From NCBI RefSeq assembly GCF_006345805.1, contig NC_043006.1:98642001-98706000 (forward strand): DNA of 64,000 nt, written 5' to 3'. The DNA is from Octopus sinensis. Lineage: Eukaryota. Shown one piece after another: positions 24,678 through 36,731 of this stretch. The notes beneath the pieces were generated by a model, which was not told the DNA's origin, did no database searches, and saw nothing but the letters and a program-made list of their open reading frames with translations. Every line of letters begins with the position of its first letter. Position 1 is the first letter of the stretch. Made by a program: the position numbers and the translations under genes.

Positions 24678-24708
<31 letters not shown>

Positions 24709-24787
24709 CGTCCAATAACACTCTACTTGTTCCACGTCCTCACGTTGTAGGTTTTTCTCTTTGTTCACGTTTGGATTAACTATATAT

Positions 24788-24818
<31 letters not shown>

Positions 24819-24819
24819 G

Positions 24820-24887
<68 letters not shown>

Positions 24888-24953
24888 TCCAATAACACTC
24901 TACTTGTTCCACGTCCTCACGTTGTAGGTTTTTCTCTTTGTTCACGTTTGGAT

Positions 24954-24960
<7 letters not shown>
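24590..24960 (+). repeat. Tandem duplication of an ~185-bp unit (microsatellites plus PLE-type terminal tail)
   Basis: gagcgtccaataacactctacttgttccacgtcctcacgttgtaggtttttctctttgttcacgtttggattaac occurs identically at ~24705-24780 and ~24883-24957. Confidence 0.85.
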
Positions 24961-24996
<36 letters not shown>

Positions 24997-26609
24997 ACAT
25001 GTAAAAATACTTGTATATATGCACATACTTATAAATATAAAAAATACATACATACATACACATACACACGCATAAACACACGTTCACACAGATATTGAGA
25101 TCATTGAATGTATCATAACTAAGGACTTATGAAGTATTCGTTCAAAATCATTCACCAATATCAATGTCATATCCCGACAACATAATGGTTTTCTTATTTC
25201 TTGTTTTATTGGTAATAATATGTGTGTAGAATTGGAAGGGAGCTGAACTGTAATCAAATCCACTCGAGTACTTCTCCAATCTTCTCCAATCCTTTTGCCA
25301 TAAATTTTATGCCTCACCAGGGCTTGAAGTACTACGCCGATACGATCCACCTCAAAATATTTTTTGCCGCTCTGTTTCCATTTCTATGATCTTATATTTT
25401 CTATGATTTTATATTTTCCAGCTATCATCCACATAGATGTCTCTACTTTCAGATATCCTAGGAAGATAATTACAAAAAAACAAAAAACAAAATTATAGTA
25501 ACGAGATAATAATGCTCGAACGATTACTGTTTCCACTAGCTAATTTCTCGCAGATGTGACAGTTTTAAGCATAACACCCACTCACATGAATGTACTTTTG
25601 TAAAACTTAATGTATCCATGTTCTACAAATCACCTTATACATTAGGCAGTATTTTATCCCTGTTTAGATGGGTGAACAATTACACAAATACTTTTCTGAA
25701 TTGTGTCTCTATCTTTTGTGAACTACCTAACATAATTTTCTATGTATCAAACAGAGAAAAACAAAAATAAATCATATGATAATGCAGATATTTGAGTGTA
25801 GAAATCGTACGATTTATATATGCTCCATCTATAAATTTCTGCATTGTTCTCTCTATTTGTGAAGATTCCAACAACTATCAATGCCTATAGTTGAGTAACA
25901 AAATTATATCTGCTTGTATGAAGAAATGGATAATGAATCACGAAAACTGGAAAATGAAACGATGTAAAACTCTGAAAAATATCCTAAAAAGTATTTTCAA
26001 ATACATTTTATATAAAAAAAAAAAATTATTGTATCCGAAGCGTTTATTGATGTGTCTCGTATATATTTCTATTAAAAATTATATATATTAGCGACATATT
26101 ATTTATGAATTATAAATAGGAAAATATCGACAGAGTCAGCTGTTTCTTGAAGAAGATTGACTATATTTCTTATAGAATAATAGAATAATATTAAAAACAT
26201 CAAAATCAAATAAGCGACTATGTAGATATACAGAAATACATACTTGAATGAAAACATAGACACGCATAAAGGACACGCATATTCATATAGATATATATAT
26301 ACACATACTGTACTACACAACTAAATGAATACATACATACATGCATTCATATTTATATAACTATATATAAAACTACACACACACACACACACACACGCAA
26401 ACATATATATATATATATTATATATATATATATAATATATATATATATAAGTATATATTTATTTGTTTACATACACACAACACACACACTCACACACACA
26501 CACACGCATATATATATTTATATATATATATATATGCAGGTATATTTTTAGGCACACATATGTGCAGGCACACACGCACGCACACATCCACACACACTCA
26601 CACACAGAC

Positions 26610-26657
<48 letters not shown>

Positions 26658-27339
26658 ACACACACAGAACCACCTTCCTAACAAGAATCTTACATTGAAA
26701 GCGGTGCTAATTATATACGTTTTGCAGTGAGTTATTTTGTTTCCGTGCGGCGTCGGCGATGAAATTTGCGTCGCTGAGAAACGTTCTTCATTTGATTCGT
26801 AATAATTTTTTATACTTTTTTCGTGTAGATTCATAATCACGCATATGACGAGAAGCTTAACTTCTTTCATTTTCTATATTTTTATACATTTCTTATTCAC
26901 GAGAGAATATGGAAAAATAATAAACTATTAGAAAAGACTTATGTCATATACACGTGTATGATGATACATAATATACGCGACACAAATTTTCTGCAGTTAT
27001 TAAAATACTCCAGCTACATTCTGCTATATTTTATCTTCTAATAATTCATATTTTCTTATCTTATTGTTGTCACCTATGTAGAAGTAGAACTGCTAATTTG
27101 TTTTTTCTATGATAATTCTATATGCATTCTTACATTTATGCTAACGCCAGTAATATATATTACAATCCTACATATAAGAAATAAATTTTCTTCTTTTATA
27201 ATCACTGGAAGACAAAAAGTTGAAACACTTTGAATCACCCTCTCCAAATGATTACTCTTCCTCTTGTAATTTCAATGGGTTTATTTCCCTTCCAACATCC
27301 CAATTCAGATTCGTTTGCATTATTTCACGCTACGCCTCT

Positions 27340-28140
27340 GATCTCAACAAATAGCAGCCATGTTAAGAAACTATATCTGATGTATTTTATTTGAGTTTTA
27401 GATCAGCAGGGGGAGGAAAATAATGTTAGGATTGAGGAATCCTTGGCATCTCCATTAATGTGTGCATTTTTGTGTATTTTGCGTGAACCGTAGAAGAGAC
27501 TTGGTTTGTATTTAAAATTTGATAAGTAATCAGTTTCTATATTAGTGAGGCCCTTTCCATGTATTTGAATTAAAGAGGATAAGATTTTAAGTGTCTTCTG
27601 TGGGTTATAGCATTCTATCTTCCCATAGAAATTATTGTTTTCAAGCACGGAAAGAATTGAATTATGATAGTACCCTGTGTCCATCACTACTACTTCATAT
27701 CTATCAGTGAGCACATAGATTGATGTGCTCGGAACCTCAAAAGAAACTTCTTAATTTTCCATTTTTATCAATATTCACAGACACCGCAGTCTAGCAAATA
27801 TTAAATAAAGAGCTACCTTTCATTAATAAATACTAACCACAACTTAACGTAAACATGCAGCTTAATACAGAAGACGAATAACATTACTAACACCAATAAT
27901 TCCATTAATTCTCATACATCACATATACCATTCATATTGTATTAATTGTATCTACATTAATTGCATCACTTTCAGAACTGCTTACATCCCTTGCATGCAA
28001 ACTTTTTACTCAGGTACTATTAGATCCAAAAGAGTTTGGAAATCGGTGGTGATTCAAAGTCAGTGAACAGAGATGACGAAACCGGCATCACTTTCTATAT
28101 TGACTCACAATAATGATTTTTATACTTCTTAATTCCACCT
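27340..28140. mobile_element. PLE with 5' inversion: RT N-terminus on -, GIY-YIG end plus 3' UTR on +
   Basis: Minus ORF 27403..27714 (VVVMD..FYGSRKIHK); plus strand from ~27705 reads SEHID*CARN..NFLIF..KE..FINKY.PQLN; hammerhead-like motif at 28049-28091. Confidence 0.7.
28049..28091 (+). ncRNA. Decayed hammerhead-like motif (U3:A8 family)
   Basis: GUGA-UUCAAA-GUCA gugaacagaga UGAC-GAAA-CCGG-C-A-UCAC; stems intact, core mutated. Confidence 0.45.
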
Positions 28141-28199
28141 CAATTCATTCATTTTTCTTTCTTTTTACTTCTTCCCTAAACGTAGAGTAGATGAAACCA

Positions 28200-28400
28200 T
28201 GGCGACTGAAGAAGGGGTTTTTTCCTTGTGTTATTTGTCATGTACTCTATTTTTATGTTGTTTAAGAAAAATGTCCAGTTCCTTGGGTTTGTGTCTATGT
28301 TTTCGTTTCTCATTGTGTTCGACGTTTTTTTTTTGGTGTCCTATACTCATATATGCGTGTATATATACATGTAGAGGTAGGTCGTACATATATGTATATA
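28200..28400 (+). repeat. Dispersed repeat homologous to 48655-48860
   Basis: Shared ctgaNgaagggg..ttttccttgtg..tgtactct..ggtgtcct.tactca..gtaggt.gtacata. Confidence 0.6.
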
Positions 28401-28426
28401 TATATATATGCATATGTTTTATTTAT

Positions 28427-28480
<54 letters not shown>

Positions 28481-28520
28481 TTTATCTAATGTAGTGGCGT
28501 TTCAAACTTCTTTTTTACAA

Positions 28521-28569
<49 letters not shown>

Positions 28570-28633
28570 TGTATGTATGTATGTATGTATGTATGTATGT
28601 ATATGTGTGTGCACGTATATATTGATTCATGTG

Positions 28634-29003
28634 AGCAAGCACAATGGCCCAGTGGTTAAAGCAGCACACTTGCGGTCGTAGGATCCCGGTTTTGATTTCC
28701 AGACCGGCGTTGTGAGTGTTTATGGAGCGAAAACACCTAGACCCCATCGAGGTTCCGGCAGGCGGTGGTGGCGAAACCTGCAGCACTTTTTCACCTCAAC
28801 ATTCTCTCACTCTGTCTTCCTGTTTCCGTTGTACCAGTATCTCAAATGGCCAGCCTTGTCACGCTGAATGTCCCCGAGTCCTACGTTAAAGGTAGACATG
28901 TTTGTGGCATGCTCAGCCACATGCACGATAGTTTCAGGAGCAGGCTATTCCGTTGATCGGATCAACTGGAATCTACGTCGTCGTAACCGACGGAGTGCCA
29001 CAA
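28634..29003 (+). mobile_element. tRNA-derived SINE family C
   Basis: A-box tggcccagtggttaa and B-box-like ggttttgatttcc, then a GC-richer body ending cgtcgtaaccgacggagtgccac before microsatellites. Confidence 0.7.
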
Positions 29004-29007
29004 GATT

Positions 29008-29078
<71 letters not shown>

Positions 29079-30207
29079 ATATGAATACATATGCGTGTGC
29101 ATATATCGATATGTATATCGATATATATATATGCATGTATATGTACATATATAATATATATCTACGTATATATATATAATATATACGTACATATGTAGAT
29201 ATATTCACACACGCATACATGTATGTATGTATGTATGTGTGTGTGTATGTATGAATGTATACATCTTAGCTTGATGACTGTGTTGTTTAATTTCATCAGC
29301 CTTGGCCTGTCCTTTGTATATTAAGACGGTATATTTTGCTATTGGAGCGCATGGTACTGATATTTCTCGAATGGCAAACGACTCAGTTCTACTTGTTTTA
29401 CTGAGAGCTACGTGTAATTCACTTGTTGTAGGTGAGAGGCGTTGACAAGGCTGTTTACTATTATATATTATTGGCAATAATAGGCAGTTCACTAATTATA
29501 ACTTGGGGATTTGTAACTGCAGTGTTTATTATTAAATATAAATTGATTTAAACTAATTATTCCATCCCCACGAAGCAAAAATGTCCTTTGTTATCAATTT
29601 CAACATTATGAAATGTAACTATCTGGCGAATTCATCGTTACGGTGGTATCCATAATCGTGCTTAATCATAAATCAGGTTCTCCCTGTGACCTATCTAATA
29701 TAGTCATGTCGTAGGTTGTACACGATAACGCCTTTAAAATTATATTTATCTAGCATGGAATTTATTGTACAATTCAAAAATAGAATAAAATTAGTAGAAG
29801 AAACATAGCTCTGATTAATTTGAGTTTAGATAAGTACAACCAGGAAAAATTATTTTAATTACATCATTTACCCCTACTTCTACTTCTGTACATGCGTAGT
29901 GTTCAGAGAAAATACACTAAAATGAGCGCACAGTATTGTTAAGGGAATTTGCTTGCAAACTATTTGATTTCAGATTCAGTAATAGTGTGGGGCACCCCTG
30001 GCAATTATCTTCTCGACATCCGGGATTATCAATGTCATGTGACTAAATTTGTTACACGGAATTTGCATATCTATCTATCTACATACATGCATACATACCT
30101 GCATACACAGACACACATACACATGTATATGCATCTCTCAGTCTGTGTGTGTCTAAGTGTCTGTCTATATGTTTACATATCTATATGTGTGTATGAGTGT
30201 ATGCTAC

Positions 30208-30325
<118 letters not shown>

Positions 30326-31012
30326 ATGTGTGTGTGTGCATGTGTGAATAGGTGCGTGTATATGTGTGTCTGCGGACCTGCTTGATATGGCTGCAGTTTT
30401 CTTTACGTAAACATTATGCATTGTCTTCAGTGAAATGAGGCGGATTGCATAATAACCAGAGTATAAGTATGTACTGCTGTCGATACATTCAGCTACATTA
30501 CAATTTGCGTTGGCCATTCTAAAACCTCATTGAAATACTTTTAAAAATGCACACGACTATACTAAGTGCACGTAGATTTCTATAGTACTTTGCTTTACCA
30601 TGCGAGTGCTTTTAATTGTGCTTGTCTTCTCTTCGGGCAGAAATTATAAATTAGCAATTGTGTGAATGTGGAAGCCTGTTTAATAGACTATTTACGAATA
30701 TTGGATTACTATTCTTGGCGAACTACTTCAATGAAACGAAGGGGTGTGTGAAAGTGATCTAGTTAAAGTAGGTGATTGATCCGAAAGTAATTAGCTTACT
30801 TCAATTACATAGGATTAAACATGAGGACTTCACCGCAATTATAAGAACTGATTCACAATATAGTAATGCCGGGTTTCGAATGATATTTATACATTGGAAC
30901 CTTGCTATAAATATGAAATCAGAGATAGATAGAAATATGAGCAGTAGTCATAATTATAATATAGTCGTATAATTATTTTTTGAAACAAAGCCGCAAACTG
31001 TACGGGATATAG

Positions 31013-31177
31013 ATAGTCAATGACATCGACCCCAATTCCCAAAGAGTACTTATTTTCTCGACCCCGTACGGACACAAATTCGACCTCAGTGTAATAGGAT
31101 TTCAGAACGTGAAACCGCAAGAAATACAGGTAAGCGATTTGTGTAGCGGTGTAATTATTCTATTATCTCACCGTCTT
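31013..31177 (-). mobile_element. SINE family A, decayed
   Basis: gtacttattttctcgaccccg..aattcgacctc..ttcagaacg..ctcaccgtctt. Confidence 0.7.
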
Positions 31178-31429
31178 CAATATAATTACTAAGATATATA
31201 TTTCATTTATCCTTTCGTTATAAATATCTATAGGAGCAAAGAAGAGAAGAGATTTAAGCCTATCAATGCGTTATCGGACAGCTAACCCATGTATTAATAG
31301 TTCAGTTGCAGTCTCATGGTTTGCATACCGATATACTTAAGTCAGCCACAAAATATATCCTACTATTACACAGAAAGAATGTAAAACGTAGAATGTTGAC
31401 GGTAACAAGTGATGCTACAAAACTGCGAA

Positions 31430-31920
31430 ATGCTTCACCAAGTATTGTTTAACGCATTACATATGTGATAATAGAAAGCTATGAGCAATAAGAACTATGA
31501 TAAAGGATGAGAGTAGCACAGATATCTTAAGTTGTGAATGCCTCCTTCCAATACTATCAATGAAGAAGCCTGTTATGGTTATCTGGTGTGAGGAACATAA
31601 GAGAGTACATTTTGTTGAGTTATAGTTTCAAGATAATGAACAATATTGATGCAATTCATGTTAGGAAAGACGATACGAGTTGATTCTGAAAGACAGTAAA
31701 GATAATAGTTTCAGTGCAGTGTCCATCCATGTAGAGGTTGGGTGTGCCGTTTATATTGTAAGTAGAGGCAGATAGGTTTTGCTGTCAATGAGAGGGAATC
31801 ATTGTCAAGCAAACACCATCTTGGAGAGAAAGACCTGTCAATATTTGAGAGATTCAGACAGTCGATATTGATTAAAAGTGTCGATGGAACGTTGTTAGAG
31901 AAATTATGTATAGCTTTGAA
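31430..31920 (-). pseudogene. Heavily decayed PLE-type RT fragment
   Basis: Minus-strand traces LLDNDSL.DSKTYL, PNLYM and HSQLK; many stops and indels. Confidence 0.4.
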
Positions 31921-31987
31921 GCATTATCTATTTGCTTAAGTTACAACAGACCTGCATGACTTCAGAATTTGAATTTGAATGGTATTG

Positions 31988-32224
31988 AGGCGGCGAGCTG
32001 GCAGAATCGTTAGAACGCCGGGCGAAATGCTTAGCGGTATTTCGTCTGCGTTACGTTGTGAGTTCAAATTCCGCCGAGGTCGACTTTGCCTTTCATCCTT
32101 TCGGGGTCGATAAATTAAGTACCAGTTACGCACTGGGGTCGATGTAATCGACTTAATACCTATGTATGTCCTTGTTTGTCCCCTCTGTGTTTGGCCCCTT
32201 GTGGGTAATAAAGAAATAGGTATT
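31988..32224 (+). mobile_element. SINE family A, young full-length copy
   Basis: ggcggcgagctggcagaatcgttag..gttcaaattccgccgaggtcgactttgcctttcatcctttcggggtcgataaattaagtaccag..aaagaaataggtatt. Confidence 0.9.
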
Positions 32225-34409
32225 GAGGATCCCAAGAAGATGGTTTTAATATGGAATACCTGTCTGTCAATGCAGCAGCGAAGGCACCACATCAACAAGT
32301 GAGGCGCGTGTGTTGCAAAACCGTTAAGAGGAAAACACTGAAACGGCGCGCAGCCTATTCTGATAACCATTGAACCCTACTCGCATCGGTTATTGTGAAG
32401 TTTTCCAATGTCAGTACTTGCACAAGCAAGATGCTTGCAAGTCACCAAGTACATTGTTATGTATGAGTGTGCATGTATACATGTCTGTGTGTCTGCGTTA
32501 AGCCGAAGTTTTGTGTCTGACAATCGTCTCATCCCAAAATCGATAGATTAGATGAGAGATTGATGAATAACCTTTATCTTGTAACATTTAGTAATTGAAT
32601 CACTCTATCATTTATCGAAGAATTTGTCTACAAGCCATGTAATCGATTCTGGAAATTAACGTACCAAATATAAAGGCGCTCATCAATCTATCATCTAACA
32701 TATTGATTTCAAAATGGACTCGAATACATGTTGGACAAACGCATATATATAGAATGAGAGCAGTAATCGAGCATACTTCTGTTAAGTAGGAAATATTTTT
32801 TCTCCGATTTGTGGAAGATTACATATCTGCCCTAAACGAGAAGTCTATAATCAAAGATAAACCAGCCGTCATTATCCCATCGATATCTATCCTCTTCACC
32901 GCATAGCTAGCCAAGAGGACTGTGCAGATTTTACAGAGGGTAGGACGTGAGTATCTTGTAACCGTTCGTCTATTTCTGTTATGTGAAGCATCATCGAAAT
33001 AGGTTAACATGTGCACAATTATTCTTTTATGGCAATGGCTTCTCTATATTCTTTATATGTTGACATACATTAAAGTGTCAGAATATTGTTGTACTTAGCG
33101 GAGGAGAAATTAATGTTAACGTGAAATATGTATATAGATCTAATTACAAAGGAGAATCGTGGGTTGAATACGTTCGTAAGTATGCTTCAACATTGCAGTC
33201 GCTTGAAACTCAGCAATAGATGTTCTAACTGCAATGGATACGTAACTACAATGGATCATCAAAGGTTTATTTCGTTGCCCGTTGCCCTTGATTACAGAGA
33301 CCAAATACGCAACATGCACACACACTTACATGCATACATATATAATTCATGAATATAACTTCATCTTAGCAAGAATTTTCGGGTGAAAATACACATAATT
33401 CAGGTGATATTGATAGCAAGTAACAGTAATTCGCTATGTGCATTTTCAACAATAAGGACATTAACTTGACTATATGTGTATATATCTATCTACATAAATG
33501 CTTTGTTAGTAGTATTAGACCCTGCGTGTGTCAACATTTAATTTTTATTTTCATTGGGATTAAAATATATCATTTTATCTAAAATAATCTTTCTCTAGTC
33601 TACTATAGTAAAGGACATTTTGTACCACAACGACATCACATTTTTGTATATGAATGTGTATGCATCTATGAGTATTTGTATGTGTGTGTTTGCGTGTTCA
33701 TTACGTACGACATAGTAAAGGACATTTTCTACCACCACCACCACCACCACCACCAGCAGTACATATTTTCTACATGTGTATGTATGTGTCTGTGAAGGTG
33801 TGCATGTGTGTCTGCGTGTTTGTTACATAAATGTATGTCTGTGTGTCTGTCTTAGTATATGTATCTAAGTGTATGTGAAAGTGTATGCGTGTGTCAGTGT
33901 ATGTGTGAGTGTATGTTGTGTGAGTGTATGTTGTGTGAGTGTATGTTGTGTGAGTGTATGCGTGATTTTCAATTACACTGATGTAAACGTGCTTTTATTT
34001 ATACGATTTATTTTCTTTTGCACGGTATGTCCAGCTCTATGTATTTGCAGGCAGTCACACACGCACACTAGTGTTTTTGTACCTACCTTTGCAGTATACA
34101 TCTATGTATATGTGTGAGGGAGTGTAGGGGTGTGTTGTCATGTATACGTACATACATGAATACATATGCATACTTCTTTTTTGTATGTATGTGTGAGAGA
34201 GAAAGACAGCGCCACTTAAACTTCGCTCACTCTCTCTCACACAGATACATACAAAAATGTTATATGCATATGTAATTATGAATTTACGTATGGATGACAA
34301 AGAAACCTATTCACTCGTTCACACAGACAGTCACACACACAGACATAGGTGTATAGAAACGACATACAAAATCATGCGTGTGTCACTGACTAAAAATACT
34401 CAATCGTCA

Positions 34410-34800
34410 GAAAATAACAGGGGCATTTTTTTTCTTGAGGCTCCTGGTGGCACAGGTGAAGTATTTGTAACATTGCTTCTATCCAGGCAGGGTAAGGCAA
34501 CAAGGTAAGGCTTTTCTGCCACCATGATCCCAAGAGGACGAACAGCTCGTTTTACTTTTAGATTACCTCAAAAGTGACAGCCTAATTTGTAACATGAGCA
34601 AACATTCAGGTTCACGAGAAGTGTTGTGCCAATGCCCCCTTATCATTTGGGATGAATCCACCATGTGAGTTAGAAGTGCAATGGAAGCTCTTGGTAAGAT
34701 CTCACAAGACATCAGGGGCAACAATAAATCCAAGGGAGGAGTTACGTTGGTTTTATCAAGATACGTCATATAAACATTACCAGCCATTCTGAGACGAACA
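34410..34800 (+). mobile_element. Helitron PIF1-helicase remnant
   Basis: FFLEAPGGTGEVF (Walker A-like), PRGRTA, LIIWDESTM (Walker B), EALGKISQDIRGN..GGVTLVLS..TLPAI. Confidence 0.85.
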
Positions 34801-34985
34801 ATATCTTAGCAAAATTCTTCGCGGCACTTGGTCTGACATTCCGTTCTGAGTCCAACTGTCACCGAGCTCGACTTAGCATTTTATCCCTCGGAGTCGATAA
34901 AATAAGTACGAATTGAACACTGGAGTTGATGTAATTAGCTCACTCCTCTTCCTGAACTACTGATTTTGTGCTAAAACTAGACACC
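34800..34985 (+). mobile_element. SINE family A, decayed
   Basis: cgttctgagtccaactgtcaccgagctcgacttagcattttatccctcggagtcgataaaataagtac..cactggagttgatgtaat. Confidence 0.65.
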
Positions 34986-35349
34986 TGTTAGTAACCTGTT
35001 AGTAACGTTCTATTCCAATTCTTGACTGAACGACATATTTTATCTGTAGGAAGCATCTGAATACGATATATTTGTGGACAATGATAAATCAATTAGCAGG
35101 GATTATTTAAAATCGGATGTGGATCTATTTCTGAAACTGTACAAGCAATAGTTACTTTTCAGTGAGAGGCTGTTTATAATTAATTGTTATTTATTGTTTT
35201 AATTATTTTGACTTCAAAATAATCTATGGGGATCAGCTTATTGATTTCGAGTAAGGGGATGGTGGTGCTATTTGTATGTTAAATATTATAAGGAGAAATT
35301 TTAGCTTTTAGTATGTTACTATGATATACTATCACATGAAATACACAAC

Positions 35350-35388
<39 letters not shown>

Positions 35389-35389
35389 T

Positions 35390-35595
35390 ACGACGGGCTT
35401 GTGTCTATGTCTCTGCATTTGTGTTCATCCTTCCCGGCACCGCTTGGGAACCGTAACTTGGCGGTTCGCCAACGAATATCGATGAAATAACTACTAAGCT
35501 CAAGAAATAAGTCCTGGGGTCGATTGGTTCGACTAAACCCTTCAAATCGGCGCTACAGCATAGCGACATTCAGGTTAGTGAGAACAAGTAAAAGA
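35390..35595 (+). mobile_element. SINE family B, 3' half
   Basis: acgacgggctt..gcggttcgcc..aataagtcctggggtcgattggttcgactaaa..aacaagtaaaaga. Confidence 0.65.
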
Positions 35596-35635
35596 ATATA
35601 TATATATAAGTGTATGTATGTATGTATATATGCAT

Positions 35636-35693
<58 letters not shown>

Positions 35694-36511
35694 TGTGTGT
35701 GTGTGTGTGTGTGTATAAACTGTACAAAATAAATAGACAGAGACAGTTGGGGGAGCAACAAATAAGGTACCAAACTTGAAACCAATATAACACTAATGCG
35801 TTAGTAATGTTCGACATACTATCAGCAAGACTTGTTTGAAATTTCTGAAATTGTACAAAATTTCATATCGAATTCATTGTTTGTTGCACCATGACAAGGT
35901 ATTTAACTGGAGCCTGAAACTATTTAAATTACAAGTACCTCAATCGAAGTCTTAGACGATGAAATGTAAAGTCATAAGCGTAAGTTCCAAGGTCCTACTG
36001 ATCCTTTTGGTCACATTTTTGAAACGTATTTACTATGCTGCCATTTACTTTCATTAGATTTTGAAGATTGATTTTGTACAAAATTTCAAACATTTTTGAA
36101 ATAGCACAAAAATAAATAAAATATAATGCAGAAAGCAGATGCAGGTGATGGAAAGACAAACAATGTGTATTAAGTAAAGTGTATAAGCAAGGAAAGGACG
36201 CAGGCTGGGTGCCAGGAAGCTGCAGACCAGAAAGTCAAACTGGGTGGATTTTAAGGAAAGGATGGTTGGTTGTGGAAGATTTGACATGCAGACAGGTCAG
36301 ATTGGACCCGACGGAAAACCCGAAGTATGGTGCGTTGGAGAAGTAGGCTGCTGCCGTAGCAGGTAAGTGGAAGAGAGAGGAGGGCAAAGTTGGTGTGGGG
36401 TCAAAAAGAGAGGGTGGATGGAGGTCAGTAAATCGTGCAAGGGAGAGAGGGCAGTTTGGAGAATGGTGAAAAGGTATCTCCGTTGGGTAACCTAGCGGTA
36501 CACAGTCTCAA

Positions 36512-36731
36512 ATGCGACGAACTGGCAGAAACGTTAGCACGTCGGCCGATATGTTCAGTGGTATTTCGTCTGCCGCTACGTTTTGAGTTCAAATTCCGCC
36601 GAGGTCGACTTTGCCTTTCATCCTTTCGGAGTCGATAAATTAAGGGGTCGATATAAACGACTTAATCCGTTTGTCTGTCCTGGTTTGTCCTCTTTGTGTT
36701 TAGCCCCTTCTGGGTAGTAAAGAAATAGGTA
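36512..36731 (+). mobile_element. SINE family A
   Basis: Same head, B-box, central block and aaagaaataggta tail as 31988-32224, with a ~15-bp internal deletion. Confidence 0.88.

Noticed and set aside
27709-27730. 8-bp hairpin near the PLE inversion junction
   Set aside because: It lies within the plus-strand coding remnant (EHID*CA) and is short enough to be coincidental.
28634-28700. tRNA genes at SINE heads
   Set aside because: Only A/B boxes are present, with no full cloverleaf; each continues into a SINE body.
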